64,000 bases of DNA from Balanoglossus misakiensis (lineage: Eukaryota > Animalia > Hemichordata), in NCBI GenBank assembly GCA_040954595.2, contig JBECUI020000024.1:1-64000 (forward strand), read 5' to 3'. The notes beneath the pieces were generated by a model that worked only from the letters and a program-made list of their open reading frames with translations, searched no databases and had not been told where the DNA came from. Positions 12,892 to 25,297 of the stretch are shown in pieces. The translations under genes were made by a program, and so were the position numbers. How positions within the stretch are numbered: position 1 is the first letter of the stretch; the number at the start of each line of letters is the position of its first letter.

Positions 12892-13664
12892 TCTTTCCGC
12901 GCCTAGGATGTTTTTGGTCATCTGATGAAGCTGGTTCTCTACAAGATCCCAAGAATCCCAAAATTGCAGTCCGTCTTCAAGCAATTTATGTTTTTGCGTG
13001 CGCGCGCGTGCGTCTGTCGCTTGCTCCGTTGTACTTTCCCATATTATAAATAAAGAATACGGTATGTATGTGTGTGCATTTTAAATTTTTATGATTTTAT
13101 TATCTGTCTGTGTTCTTTTTCCTATGTTTTTAGGGTATGTCTTTAATGAATTTTTCCAATGGCTATAACAGATGAGAAGGTTTCAATTGCAATATGTTTT
13201 ATAATATTAATACCATAGTTTAGCATGACTAACTTAATTTCATGATGAGAAAAATATTTCAATAAATACTTCAAGTCCACTAAAACATGCAATAGATCCT
13301 TCAAGTCCAGTGTAGTTTCCTGGGATCAGTTCATTAGTTGGGGTTTTTTTGTTTGCGTAGTATTCAACAGTTTGATATGTTGGTATATCTATTTTATGGT
13401 CACGTCTTGCCCACTGAGTCTGTCGATAATCAATAGATTTTCCCCACATTGCTAGCGAGTCCCACACAACGACGACCCCAATCAACAGACTCAGTGCACA
13501 AGTAGGTTCTTTAATATTACCTTAATGATTTTGCCTTTACTTGACATAATTAAGTATTTTCATATCACACTTTTAATGCATTTGCATCGTTGCATGTATA
13601 TGCATTGTGTGATTACTAGGTTTATAGTGCTTTGATTTTTGATGAATTTTTTTCTTTTTAAATA

Positions 13665-15055
13665 CATAAATAATGTGTTTGCAGTAGCCATATAGGCATA
13701 ATTGTTTTTTTTTTGGCGGGGGGGGGGGGATATATTGGTGAATTTGCTCTTAAATTGAATAGCATTGAGCCTATGCAACATGGCTTACAGGCAACACATT
13801 ATTTAAACTTTGTGGACAATAAAAAAACTTCACATTGTGGAGTTTTCTTTATTTTATACACTTTTAGTTTTGAGTTATTTAAACGCACATCTTTAGCCTT
13901 TTTCCTCAATGTTCGAGGGTCTTTAATGAACTTTTTTCCAATGGCTGTATCAGACGAGGTAATTTGCTTTGGCTTGACATTGCCAAGTATTTATGCATCG
14001 TCTGAGTGTTTGCAGTCCTTTGATTTTATTGATGAAAATTTCCTTTATAAGAACATAAATAATGTGTTTGCAGAAGCCATGTATTCATAATTGTTTTGTT
14101 TTGATTGTATTTTTTTTGGGGGGGGGGGCAGTAAATTCGCTAAAAAATTGAATGGCATGGAGATCATGCATCGTGGCTTACAGTCAACACATTATTTACA
14201 ATGATATACTTCTGTTTAAGAAGTTTTATACACATTCAGTTTTCAGTTATTTTACATTTTAACATTCCTCTTTTTCCTCAATTTAAGAGGGTCTTTCACA
14301 TTTTCAAGTGACTTTATCAGATAAGATTTTAATTTGCTAAATAATGTGTTTGCAGAAGCCATAAATTCATAATTGTTTTGTTTGTATTTCGGGGGGAGGG
14401 TAGTAAATCAGTAAATTTGCTCATAAATTGAATGGCATGGAGATCATGCATCATGGCTTACAGGCAACACATTATTTACAATGATATACTTCTTTTCAAG
14501 AAGTTTTCTCTATTTTATACACATTTAGTTTTCAGTTATTTTACATTTGAACATTCTTTTTTTTCCTTAATTTAAGAGGGTCTTTCACATTTTCAAGTGA
14601 CTTTATCAGATAAGATTTTAATTTGCTAAATAATGTGTTTGCAGAAGCCATATATTCATAATTGTTATGTTTGTATTTCGGGGGGAGGGTAGTAAATCAG
14701 TAAAAATGCTCATAAATTGAATGGCATGGAGATCATGCATCATGGCTTACAGGCAACACATTATTTACAATGATATACTTCTTTTTAAGAAGTTTTATAC
14801 ACATTCAGTGTTCAGTTATTTTACATTTTAACATTCCTCTTTTTCCTCAATTTAAGAGGGTCTTTCACATTTTCAAGTGACTTTATCAGATAAGATTTTA
14901 ATTTGCTAAATAATGTGTTTGCAGAAGCCATATATTCATAATTGTTTTGTTTTGTTTGTATTTCGGGGGGAGGGTAGTAAATCAGTAAATTCGCTCATAA
15001 ATTGAATGGCATGGAGATCATGCATCATGGCTTACAGGCAACACATTATTTACAC
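13665..15055. repeat. Diverged ~280-390-bp tandem array (~5 units)
   Basis: AATAATGTGTTTGCAG(T/A)AGCCAT at ~13669, 14058, 14340, 14629, 14909; shared TGGCTTACAG(G/T)CAACACATTATTTA. Confidence 0.9.
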
Positions 15056-16203
15056 TTTTCTGACAGTAAAATACTTTCAATTTGCTTTTGAAGATTTCAA
15101 CATTCATCTACATTTTCCCCCCAATTTTGGGGGATCATCAATGAAGTCTTCGCAGTGGCTGTAACTGATGAGGTTTCCTGCGTATATCTCTTCAAGTCCA
15201 GCACAGTTTCATTTTATCACAGGAGCCATCCCAAGGAGAAAGGGGTCTTTATAAGGGTGGGGGATATTTATGACTATATGACCCGTTTCTGTTTGGGATC
15301 GCCCCCAGTACATTAGTCACTTTAGACTCAACTGTGTGCAGTGTTCAATAGTATGACTTTATTCTTTTTGTATTTTAATATGAAATTTAAGATTTTACGT
15401 TCACGTGACATTGTTTGAGATTTATTCTTATAGACATTAAGGTCCACTATGTGTTACATTTGACAAATTTTTCAGTACGTAATTTTGGTCTATTTATGCA
15501 CCACGATTTCTGGTATGCATAATCAGCATTGTTATTGTTAACAATTGTATTCAAGTCAATTGAATGCATTTGTCAATATTAACAATTCTGTACCAAAAAT
15601 TACAGGTAGTTGCCCTTTAATTGTAAATGCTACATTTAGAACAGTGTAACACCAAACATATTATGATTTATTGAGAACACTTTATTCATTCAGAGATGAA
15701 ATATTAATTTTTGTCAGTTTTAGTTTAGACCTACAATACCAAATTTTGCTTGGTATTGTTAAACTTCCAACATTTTCTTTCTGTGAACCTGCTATTTTGT
15801 GTAACAGATTAGCATCTTAACTTGAAAGTAGGGTTTTCAAAGAGGCATGAATTTAGAAATATAATTTTTTGTAAAGTTGGTGAATTACCTACGCTTTCCC
15901 AGAGTTTTTTCCCCTTATCCTGAAAAAAAGGGTTTTATCTCTGGGTTTTGGTGCGGGGTAAATTTTCAGTTTATATATCATTCAAGTTTAGAATAAAGTA
16001 CATGAGCCGCTCCTCATGTAAAATTGACATGTATTGTGTGTGTGTATGCTTTTGGATGTGGTAGCCTGCAGGCCAGGTGGCATGGCCATGGTGACTACAT
16101 GCGGCGTGGGTTGGGTCTTTGTATGTATGTGTTGAGAGTTAGGGGATTGTGTGTGTCAGTCAACAGTACGTGTAGAGAAGGTATACGGTCACCTATAGAA
16201 ATT

Positions 16204-17062
16204 TAGCTACAGTTACCACGTTAACTTGAGATCTAGCCAATCACGGATTTTCAGTGGGTGGCACATGCGAAAAAAAGAGCGCCGCCATATGTTATTTAGA
16301 ACCCGCAAATACTCTATTTCAGCCATATATGGGTGTATGTAAATTGGCGGTGACTGTATATCTTTAACTTGAAAATGGTAGCTTCTATCACAGTGATAGT
16401 TGATGTGTAGATGTGATGTGGTGGTAGAATGTGAACTTGTTGACATGAAATTGTGAATCAAAATGGAGACCTAAAACATGGGGAAATACATTAAAGCCTC
16501 TATAGCTGCCACTTTTTGCATTATTTTCACAATTTTATTTTACTGAGGTATATGTGAACACTTTACCGATGCCCGATTATGGCTGTATGTAGCGATTTGA
16601 AAATGCTATGTATTAAAACAGTTTAATCAGCCTCCATACAAACAGTACGCAGCTATCGTGGTATGCATCACCAAGAGATGACAAACTGATGCAAATGCAA
16701 GTAATATGGCTTAATGGTGAGGATTTTAGAGGATAGGGAATATATTTGAAGTGTTTTACTGTGGAAGAAAATCCGTGAAATTTGGCAGCTCTAGGGGCTT
16801 TAAGTGGTTACCATCGACGCCAAGAAATGCTGAAAATCGCCCCTGATTTGCGTCTCTCTGGGGAATTTACGCCATAAATCGGTAGGATACATATTCATGG
16901 TGGAATTTGTATGCATTGTGAAGGATTTTGTGGTCGAAAACTTCGGAAAATCATGCATTCTCGGGAGCGTGTGTCCGCGTGTTGCCTCCTTCAGAGTCAA
17001 TTACACAATGAACGCCGCCATTTGGCTACCCCTATTTATAGGGGTATAAATAAGGGTAGCAA
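16204..17062 (-). mobile_element. Possible non-autonomous Helentron/DINE-like element
   Basis: Terminal hairpin GCTACCCCTATTTATA-GGGG-TATAAATAAGGGTAGC (~17024-17060), a matching TAGCTAC motif at ~16205, and an imperfect internal IR (CACGGATTTT ~16242 / AAAATCCGTG ~16768). Resembles the subTIR+IR design of DINE-1/HINE elements; boundaries uncertain. Confidence 0.3.
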
Positions 17063-17394
17063 CAACAATCCTGGATATAACAACAGGATATAACAACAGG
17101 TGAAACAAACTGAACGCAGTTGTTGATAACATGCAGATTGAGCTGTCTCAAATCTTAGGGAGCATTCGTTTTTTACAGGGAGGAGGGGGGCCGGTGGAAT
17201 TTGAGTCGCCGACTAAATGTAAAAGGCAACCCCCCCCTCGAAATTACTTTTCTAAAATGTGTCCCCCCCCCTAAATTCTTCAATTGTAAAATGTGACCCA
17301 TCCCCCCAAAAAAAATTTATCCACCGGATTAAACTTATCAAACTTTGTCAGATATTGGTGTATGTTCGACATACCACATAATCAACCATGAAAC

Positions 17395-18542
17395 CTAGTC
17401 TACATAGTTCCTTGATTTCCAAGTAGTGCATTGTCTGCCTGATCTTGTTAGGCTGCATTCACAAACGCCTCTGGAGGGGGGGGGGGACGGGAGAATTCAA
17501 TTTTTTTGACCGCTAATTTTCACATGCCCCCCGTACACAACCCGAAATATTTTCAAATCCCCCATTCCGAACTGCCAAAATTTTGAAATCCCCCCCCCAC
17601 CCATTTTCTTTCACAGAGCAAAACACATCACCTATCTATCTTGTAAAAAAAGAAAAAAACAGCGCTCCCATGAAAAGAATTTGAAACTGATGTACCCCCT
17701 CACTGAACATTGTTTTTATTTTTAAGTATTTGTATTCTGTGTTGGGAGACATTGTAAACCGAGAATTGAAGGGAGTGGGATTGGGAGGGGGTATCCCCCT
17801 CCCACGTAAGACAATTTTATAAAATACAGAGCTCAAAGCAGCATTTTAATGAACCCGGCAAAAGCAAATTAACTCAACTACCGGTATGTTGGGGAGGAGA
17901 AATTTAACCGTCGCCGCTCAAAGTTATCATTGGGTGGGGCAAATCCCCTGACCTGGGACACTAGATAAACCAGTCAATGATTGAAAGGTGCTGATGAATG
18001 GAGGGGGTGGGTAAAATAAAGGGCGCGAAACTGCATTTTTATGGACTCAAAATAAATATTTTGTCGTCAATGTTTTCAAGTCCCCCCCTTTCAGTCCCTA
18101 AATTATTTCAAATCCCCCCTTACATACCCTCAATTTTTTCAAATCCCCCCCTCAATTCTCCTGCCCCCCCTCCAGAGGTGTTTATGAATGCAGCCTTACG
18201 TGAAAGAGTTCATTTTCAATGTCGCCGCTATCACTTTCTGAGTCACTTTCCTCTGAATCACCTAGTTCACCTATCACTTCATGCTCATCTTCTGGTTCAC
18301 TGTCCTCATCCAAGTCATCCTCTTCATCCTCCTGCTCATCCTCCTCTTTGTCCCTCTCATGGTTTACTCTGAGACTTTCCAGAGTTGTTTGACACAGTTT
18401 CCGGCCAATGTGCGCTTCAACTATTTTCAGTTTGTCTTTTTTTCAGCATCTTTTTCTCTGTTGTCAATTTATGTCTGTTCATGTACATGTCTAGGTCAGA
18501 AACTTTCAGCTCACATAGTTCACTGTTTCTGTATATTGCCAT
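17395..18542 (-). pseudogene. 3' gene fragment (SAP-like helix pair + D/E-rich tract + TRSGR tail) inside the Harbinger element, interrupted by the nested MITE
   Basis: Reverse-complement copy of the fragment described at 21753-22932. Confidence 0.55.
17451..18195. mobile_element. Nested PIF/Harbinger-type MITE
   Basis: TIRs GGCTGCATTCACAAACGCCTCTGGAGGGGG ... CCCCCTCCAGAGGTGTTTATGAATGCAGCC; TTA TSD (17448-17450, 18196-18198). Confidence 0.9.
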
Positions 18543-20505
18543 GATACAGCCTGAAAATGTTATTTTTGTGTTCACAAGTGTACTTGTTGTCACCTGATCA
18601 CACAGAATAAAGACATGTTCGTATTCTATTTTATATACTTTACGGTCAATTCTGTTGTTTTTTGCTATAATTCCATACAAATCTGTTGTAAAAATTGTCC
18701 CCCCCCAAACCATTGATTATAAAATTTGTCCCCCCCCTAAAAACTGCTTTGTAAAAGTAAACCCCCCCCTGATTTCCACCGCCCCCCCCCCCTCCCTGTA
18801 AAAAACGAATGCTCCCTTACCAATCAGAAACAGCCTTCCAAGACTGCGTAGCGCTCTTGTAAAGTTATTTTTGATTGTTCAAATTCTTTACCATGTCACT
18901 GCTGGCATACAATAATCCATATGACCCAGCAACTTTGTATAGATGCACTGACATCAGTGATATGCCTTCCAAAGCGCCACACATAGTGTAATTACACATG
19001 TTTCATGCTTCTGACACGCTCTACCATTTATCAGGTTCATACACGAAAAAAATTGAGACGCTATTTGCCTATGGTAAACACAGAGCATTAATCGTTTGAG
19101 TCGCCTTGTGCTCACACACACAAAGTTTATGTATAGGCGCTGAGGCTCAGTCCCAAAGACAATGGATTGCAGAGAGGTTTTAATCCTTACACCGGATCAG
19201 GTCTGACGGGCAAAGCCGTCTCAAATCTAAGCCGTTCCAGAACCACTATACACCGTCCACACATGTTTTTTTTAAGACAGTATGTGATCTGAGACGTTTC
19301 AGAACCGTCTTAATGGTGTGTGTGACCCCCATATTAGACAACTTAGACAATATTATCCGAAAATAAATATTAGACAAAATCATCCGATAATAAATATTAG
19401 CTCAGTCTATGTCCTGGCGCATTTCATCACGACAATAAAATACATAACAAAAGCCCTCACTACGCACCCACTCGACTTTTTGCCGGTAAAGCAACTTTTA
19501 CATGCAGGAGAATTCCACTGGATGAAAATCTGTAACATTTAGCTTTATTTTCAGTATTTTAATTTTGTGTAAAAATTGCAATTTCTTGTTTAACTCCAAA
19601 CATCACTTTAATATACATGTAGTACCAAATACTCCAATCATTAACATTGCCTGTGTATGTGTAACGGCCATTATTATCACTGTTGACAAATGAATTCTAG
19701 TTCGGACATGAATTTAAATTTTACACAATAATAATACTGAATATGCACATACATGAAGTGTTGATAAGCTAAACTCTGGATATTTTGTCATGTTTCTGGA
19801 GTTTATACTAGAAACCGCAGCAGATACACAGAGCAATATTACTGAAAACATAGTGAAAAGTTGGAGCTAATGGAGCAGACAGCGTATTGTTCAGTGCTTG
19901 CGTGCCTTTGACTAAGATTATTATTATGTAAATATCACCAACATGTTTTTCATGAATTTCTAGAAATATAGAAATAAATACACTTGACTTATTTTGTCAT
20001 TTTTTCCTTGCAAACTCCATTGTCATTGAATGTACGTACATGCGTAAACACACCACTGCTTTAAAACAAAAAGGTGATGGGTTTCGTATTTATTGCGTTG
20101 TATTCAATTGAACGGACATTTTTTTGGGTGGGGGCGGGGAGGTTCATTATTTCACAGCTTTCCCGAATAGACTTCTTAGTGCGCCCTCTTGTGGTGACGT
20201 GTCTCCTGATAATCGGCCAGATAAAACAAATCATTGAAGTGTACCATCACTCTCGTCACAAAGAAACAAAATCCGCCATCGTTCCCGTTTTTAGATAAAC
20301 ATTCACTGTTTCGCCCTTTGGTGAAACACGTTAGGAAAATGTATTTTGAGAATAGTATTTCCCTTTCGACATTGATACATTTTGTCAACTGATTGGACCG
20401 AGTAAATTGTTTGAAACGTAGGGCCCTATGGAGTGTTCGGATTTTAACTTCCTTCAGACCCAAGCCCCAGAGAGGAAGAAAAGCGCACGTTCTCATGTAT
20501 GACAC

Positions 20506-20764
20506 TATAATATACCTCATGCTAATACTGTGTTGCGATTCGCCAGAATCGGTCTCGTGATAGGAAAATAGAATCGACTATGAACCGCTAGGGAAATAGC
20601 AGAAAAAATATAAACCGGTCACGTGACCAGCGTGAGTGCGCAGACTCGGTTACGTCAATCAGCGTCGCGTCGTCTGACACAATGGCCACCGCGGAAGATG
20701 TCGTCTGCCAACCTCAAGAGAAAATCGCAAGATTTTCCCAGCTGTTAGCATGAGGTTTATTATA
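20506..20764. mobile_element. Small MITE-like element with ~20-bp TIRs
   Basis: TATAATATACCTCATGCTAA ... TTAGCATGAGGTTTATTATA (1 mismatch); CpG-rich interior. Confidence 0.65.
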
Positions 20765-21476
20765 AAACACCTATAGCCTGGCCTATATTCGGGCCATAGC
20801 AGCCGTTTTTACCCCCTCGTAACTGTGAGTTACCAGAATCATATATCGAGTGGGTGCGTAGTGAGGGCTTTTGTTATGTATTTTATTGTCCTGATGAAAT
20901 GCGCCAGGACATAGACTGAGCTAATATTTATTATCGGATGATTTTGTCTAAGTTGTCTAATATGGGGGTCACACACACCATTAAGACGGTTCTGAAACGT
21001 CTCAGATCACATACTGTCTTAAAAAAACATGTGTGGACGGTGTATAGTGGTTCTGGAACGGCTTAGATTTGAGACGGCTTTGCCCGTCAGACCTGATCCG
21101 GTGTAAGGATGAAAACCTCTCTGCAATCCATTGTCTTTGGGACTGAGCCTCAGCGCCTATACATAAACTTTGTGTGTGTGAACACAAGGCGACTCAAACG
21201 ATTAATGCTCTGCGTTTACCATAGGCAAATAGCGTCTCAATTTTTTTCGTGTATGAACCTGGTAAAAGGTAGAGCGTGTCAGAAGCATGAAACATGTGTA
21301 ATTACACTATGTGTGGCGCTTTGGAAGGCATATCATTGATGTCAGTGCATCTATACAAAGTTGCTGGGTCATATGGATTGTTGTATGCCAGCAGTGACAT
21401 GGTAAAGAATTTGAACAATCAAAAATAACTTTACAAGAGCGCTACGCAGTCTTGGAAGGCTGTTTCTGATTGGTAA

Positions 21477-22976
21477 GGGAGCATTCGTTTTTTACAGGGA
21501 GGGGGGGGGGGCGGTGGAAATCAGGGGGGGGGGTTTACTTTTACAAAGCAGTTTTTAGGGGGGGGGACAAATTTTATAATCAATGGTTTGGGGGGGACAA
21601 TTTTTACAACAGATTTGTATGGAATTATAGCAAAAAACAACAGAATTGACCGTAAAGTATATAAAATAGAATACGAACATGTCTTTACTCTGTGTGATCA
21701 GGTGACAACAAGTACACTTTTGATCACAAAAATAACATTTTCAGGCTGTATCATGGCAATGTACAGAAACAGTGAACTATGTGAGCTGAAAGTTTCTGAC
21801 CTAGACATGTACATGAACAGACATAAATTGACAACAGAGAAAAAGATGCTGAAAAAAAGACAAACTGAAAATAGTTGAAGCGCACATTGGCCGGAAACTG
21901 TGTCAAACAACTCTGGAAAGTCTCAGAGTAAACCATGAGAGGGACAAAGAGGAGGATGAGCAGGAGGATGAAGAGGATGACTTGGATGAGGACAGTGAAC
22001 CAGAAGATGAGCATGAAGTGATAGGTGAACTAGGTGATTCAGAGGAAAGTGACTCAGAAAGTGATAGCGGCGACATTGAAAATGAAGTCTTTCACGTAAG
22101 GCTGCATTCACAAACACCTCTGGAGGGGGGCAGGAGAATTGAGGGGGGGATTTGAAAAAATTGAGGGTATGTAAGGGGGGATTTGAAATAATTTAGGGAC
22201 TGAAAGGGGGGGACTTGAAAACATTGACGACAAAATATTTATTTTGAGTCCATAAAAATGCAGTTTCGCGCCCTTTATTTTACCCACCCCCTCCATTCAT
22301 CAGCACCTTTCAATCATTGACTGGTTTATCTAGTGTCCCAGGTCAGGGGATTTGCCCCACCCCATGATAACTTTGAGCGGCGACGGTTAAATTTCTCCTC
22401 CCCAACATACGGTAGTTGAGTTAATTTGCTTTTGCCGGGTTCATTAAAATGCAGTTTTGAGCTCTGTATTTTATAAAATTTTCTTACGTGGGAGGGACGT
22501 AAGAAAATTTTTTCAAAATGTTTTCAAGTCCCCCCCCTTTCAGTCACACTCCCTTCAATTCTCGGTTTACAATGTCTCCCAACACAGAATACAAATACTT
22601 AAAAATAAAAACAATGTTCAGTGAGGGGGTTCATCAGTTTCAAATTCTTTTCATGGGAGCGCTGTTTTTTCTTTTTTGACAAGATAGATAGGTGATGTGT
22701 TTTGCTCTGTGAAAGAAAATGGGTGGGGGGGGGGATTTCAAAATTTTGGCAGTTCGGAAGGGGGGATTTGAAAATATTTCGGGTTGTGTATGGGGGGGCA
22801 TGTGAAAATTAGCGGTAAAAAAAATTGAATTCTCCCGTCCCCCCCCCCCCCTCCAGAGGCGTTTGTGAATGCAGCCTAACAAGATCAGGCAGACAATGCA
22901 CTACTTGGAAATCAAGGAACTATGTAGACTAGGTTTCATGGTTGATTATGTGGTATGTCGAACATACACCAATATC
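21477..22976. mobile_element. Inverted, truncated duplicate of the Harbinger element (nested MITE at 22100-22876, TAA TSD)
   Basis: Starts TAA|GGGAGCATTCGTTTTTTACAGGGAG; lacks ~190 bp including the second TIR, ending at the junction with the next palindrome. Confidence 0.9.
21753..22932 (+). pseudogene. 3' gene fragment: SAP-like domain + acidic tract + TRSGR C-terminus
   Basis: With one frameshift in an A-run (~21852) and removal of MITE 22100-22876 plus one TAA it reads MAMYRNSELCELKVSDLDMYMNRHKLTTEKKMLKK/DKLKIVEAHIGRKLCQTTLESLRVNHERDKEEDEQEDEEDDLDEDSEPEDEHEVIGELGDSEESDSESDSGDIENEVFHV|TRSGRQCTTWKSRNYVD*. The SAP resemblance is by eye. Confidence 0.55.
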
Positions 22977-24727
22977 AGTGCTCATTTTAAAGCTAAAAGT
23001 GACATTTTCAACACTAAATGCAAGGAAATGTAACTAAATATTTTAATTTTGCAGTCAAAATGCAACACAGTCAGCTCCGAACTGCATTTAAAATCCAAAC
23101 ACATGGTGTTATATTCTTGGTAATAAGCAAAGATCTGTATCCTATCCACAAAGTATATATCATACACACAGTATTATATTAATGCAGTTTATGAAATTGC
23201 TAGAAACATTGTAATATTTGGATGATATTTAAAGAAAAGTAATTATATTTATATTAACAGTATGTAAAAGTTACGAAGATTTAGCGTTGAATGATGATGT
23301 GATGTCTGTAAGAGCTGTTCCAATACATGGTGAGTGAATTTCAAATCCTTTGTTCAATCAACCTTTCTACTGTCCTGTGATTCCAAAAGTAATTGAAATA
23401 TCATTACACATGTACCTGAATATAGTGCAGACTGTAAATAGAGCACACTCTGGAAAAGAGTTATGTAATTAATATCTCTATCATGTGAGTGACATCATTT
23501 TAAGGGCCACTGACCACCCCACCCATGACAATTTGCTAGGGGGTGCCAACATCTCAACAGGGGGTGAATCCTTCCAGGCCATGTCGGGTGATTGATTGAT
23601 TGATTCATTCATTCATTCATTCAGTCAGTCAGTCAGTTCGTCAGTCAGTCATATTAATTAATTCATTAAGGCATATAAACGATATAGCTAGCCTAATGTT
23701 ATAGGAATGGTCTAACACCCTTGTCATATAAACTTTGGCGAAGCGATCCAAAGCTCAGCTAAGGTAGATGGGGGGGGGGGGGGGGGGGGCCTGAATCACA
23801 TGGCCCATCATAATGAAAGCTGCTAACCCTCTTAGAATGATACTAAGGCCTATACGTTGATCGCCCTGTCACACTTGGCTATGTGATCTTGGATTGGAAC
23901 TGGAGGGATGTGAAAAGCAAGAGGCTTGTCGACAATAGTGATGTCAGAAAAATATTTGTTCATCTTTTTACAAAATATTTGTTTCCTCAAATTAAAACTG
24001 GTAAAACTAAGCTTGGTTTGTTTTAAATAAATAAATAGTTAATTACTAATATACTCCATGGCGCATTGTCTTTTTACATTGCTATCCTCTAGTCTTGAAC
24101 AATTATGTCATTTTCGTGACCATCTCATGGTATTTTTCATTGATATGAAAACATACGCTTGGTTAAAATTCTATAACTGCAGTTATGCTCACTGAGATTT
24201 TAGTGAATTGCCACTGTAAACTCATTTCCAGACAAATAGAACCTTTTGTCAGAAGTGAGCATTGTGACTAAAAACCCTCTCTTATTGGCATCTAGTTCAG
24301 ACGGGAGAAGGTTTCATGCAACTGCCTCGCAACAGAGATTGCTCTCAAATTCGGCAAAATATATATTGCAGGAGGTAAAAATTCTCAAAACTGTGAACGC
24401 AGGCATCTGTTGGCAATGGACAAAATAGTAAATGATTTGGGGATAAATGTCAATGTCAATCGATACAAAATTCCATTCACAGCAATGTAAAACACATTAT
24501 GGGCCCATACCTCACCCCTTTCATGAGTGTAGTGTCAACAGTGTTCAAAAGTGGCGGGGGGGGGGGGGGGGCGGCAACAGACTAATTGAATCAAGTTGGT
24601 TGCACTCATACCAGTATATATCAATAGTTGGTGGAAATCAGAAACTGCCGTTGGTGGCGCAAATTGTGTAACCTGCTTCACCTCAGGTTGGAGATATTGT
24701 CTGAACCTGGAGGTAGGCTGCTAGACC

Positions 24728-24830
24728 TAGCTTTGTAAACGCAGCTGCACCATTGGGGGTTAGGATATGGGTGGGGGTGGTACAACAGTATATCCCAACC
24801 TCCAACGGTGCAGCCGCGTTTCCACAGCCA
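24728..24830. mobile_element. 103-bp hairpin MITE with 9-bp TSD (AcademH-like); mirror copy at 26312-26414
   Basis: TGCTAGACC|TAGCTTTGTAAACGCAGCTGCACCATTGG ... CCAACGGTGCAGCCGCGTTTCCACAGCCA|TGCTAGACC. A TAG start with a 9-bp TSD fits AcademH non-autonomous elements; MULE is an alternative. Confidence 0.75.
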
Positions 24831-24904
24831 TGCTAGACCCTGCTCATTTCAGTGGAAAAACATGTTTTGTTGTGGACTTTCAAGTCGTTCTAATGAGAAA
24901 TACC

Positions 24905-25297
24905 AATAAAATTATAAAACTACTAAAAACACTGGCGTTATATTGGCAGACTTCCTGGACCGAGATATGATTCTTGCAGCTGTATTTTGTGTGCGTTGTA
25001 GAAGGTTCCGACTGCTTTCTGGTAGACCATACAGTAATCCATTACCATAGTGGGCCAAGAACTGAACCCTGTGGCACTCCAAAACGAACATGTGATGGTT
25101 GACTGGTGGTGATCTTGTGGTGACGTATGTCATCAATTTTCTGAATAAAATACTGGTTGAACCGATCTAAATGTTCCGTAGTTGACGTATGATTTGGAAG
25201 CTGTCTTGAGTTGCTGAACAATGTTGAAATTGTCCGGAATAAAGATTTCTGATTTTTGGAATTTTCCTCTATGAGATTGGTGTAGTAGTTGCACTGG
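24905..25297 (-). mobile_element. Internally deleted L2/CR1-group LINE ORF2 remnant
   Basis: Minus-strand translation: YYTNLIEENSKNQKSLFRTISTL...FNQYFIQKIDDIR (tether), FGVPQGSVLGP (RT motif), then YGNGLLYGLPESSRNLLQRTQNTAARIISRSRKSANITPV (thumb/C-terminal), all characteristic of L2 ORF2. Confidence 0.9.

Larger units (their letters stand above)
17158..18816. mobile_element. Non-autonomous PIF/Harbinger-type DNA transposon (outer)
   Basis: TIRs GGGAGCATTCGTTTTTTACAGGGAGG ... CCTCCCTGTAAAAAACGAATGCTCCC; TTA on both sides (17155-17157, 18817-18819) is a 3-bp TWA TSD. Confidence 0.9.
17351..22976. repeat. Giant inverted repeat 1: arms 17351-19475 and 20846-22976, spacer ~1.37 kb
   Basis: Arms are near-identical reverse complements (ORF track mirror pairs 17998+/22296-, 18281+/22014-, 18713-/21588+). 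Outer ends GATATTGGTG/CACCAATATC; inner ends CACCCACTCGA/TCGAGTGGGTG. Confidence 0.97.

Noticed and set aside
12030-12906. Cys/His-rich ORFs resembling metal-binding proteins
   Set aside because: Artefacts of tetranucleotide and 90-bp repeats.
13240-14090. ORFs 13240-13485 (-) and 13713-14090 (+)
   Set aside because: No recognisable domain; they overlap or adjoin diverged local repeats.
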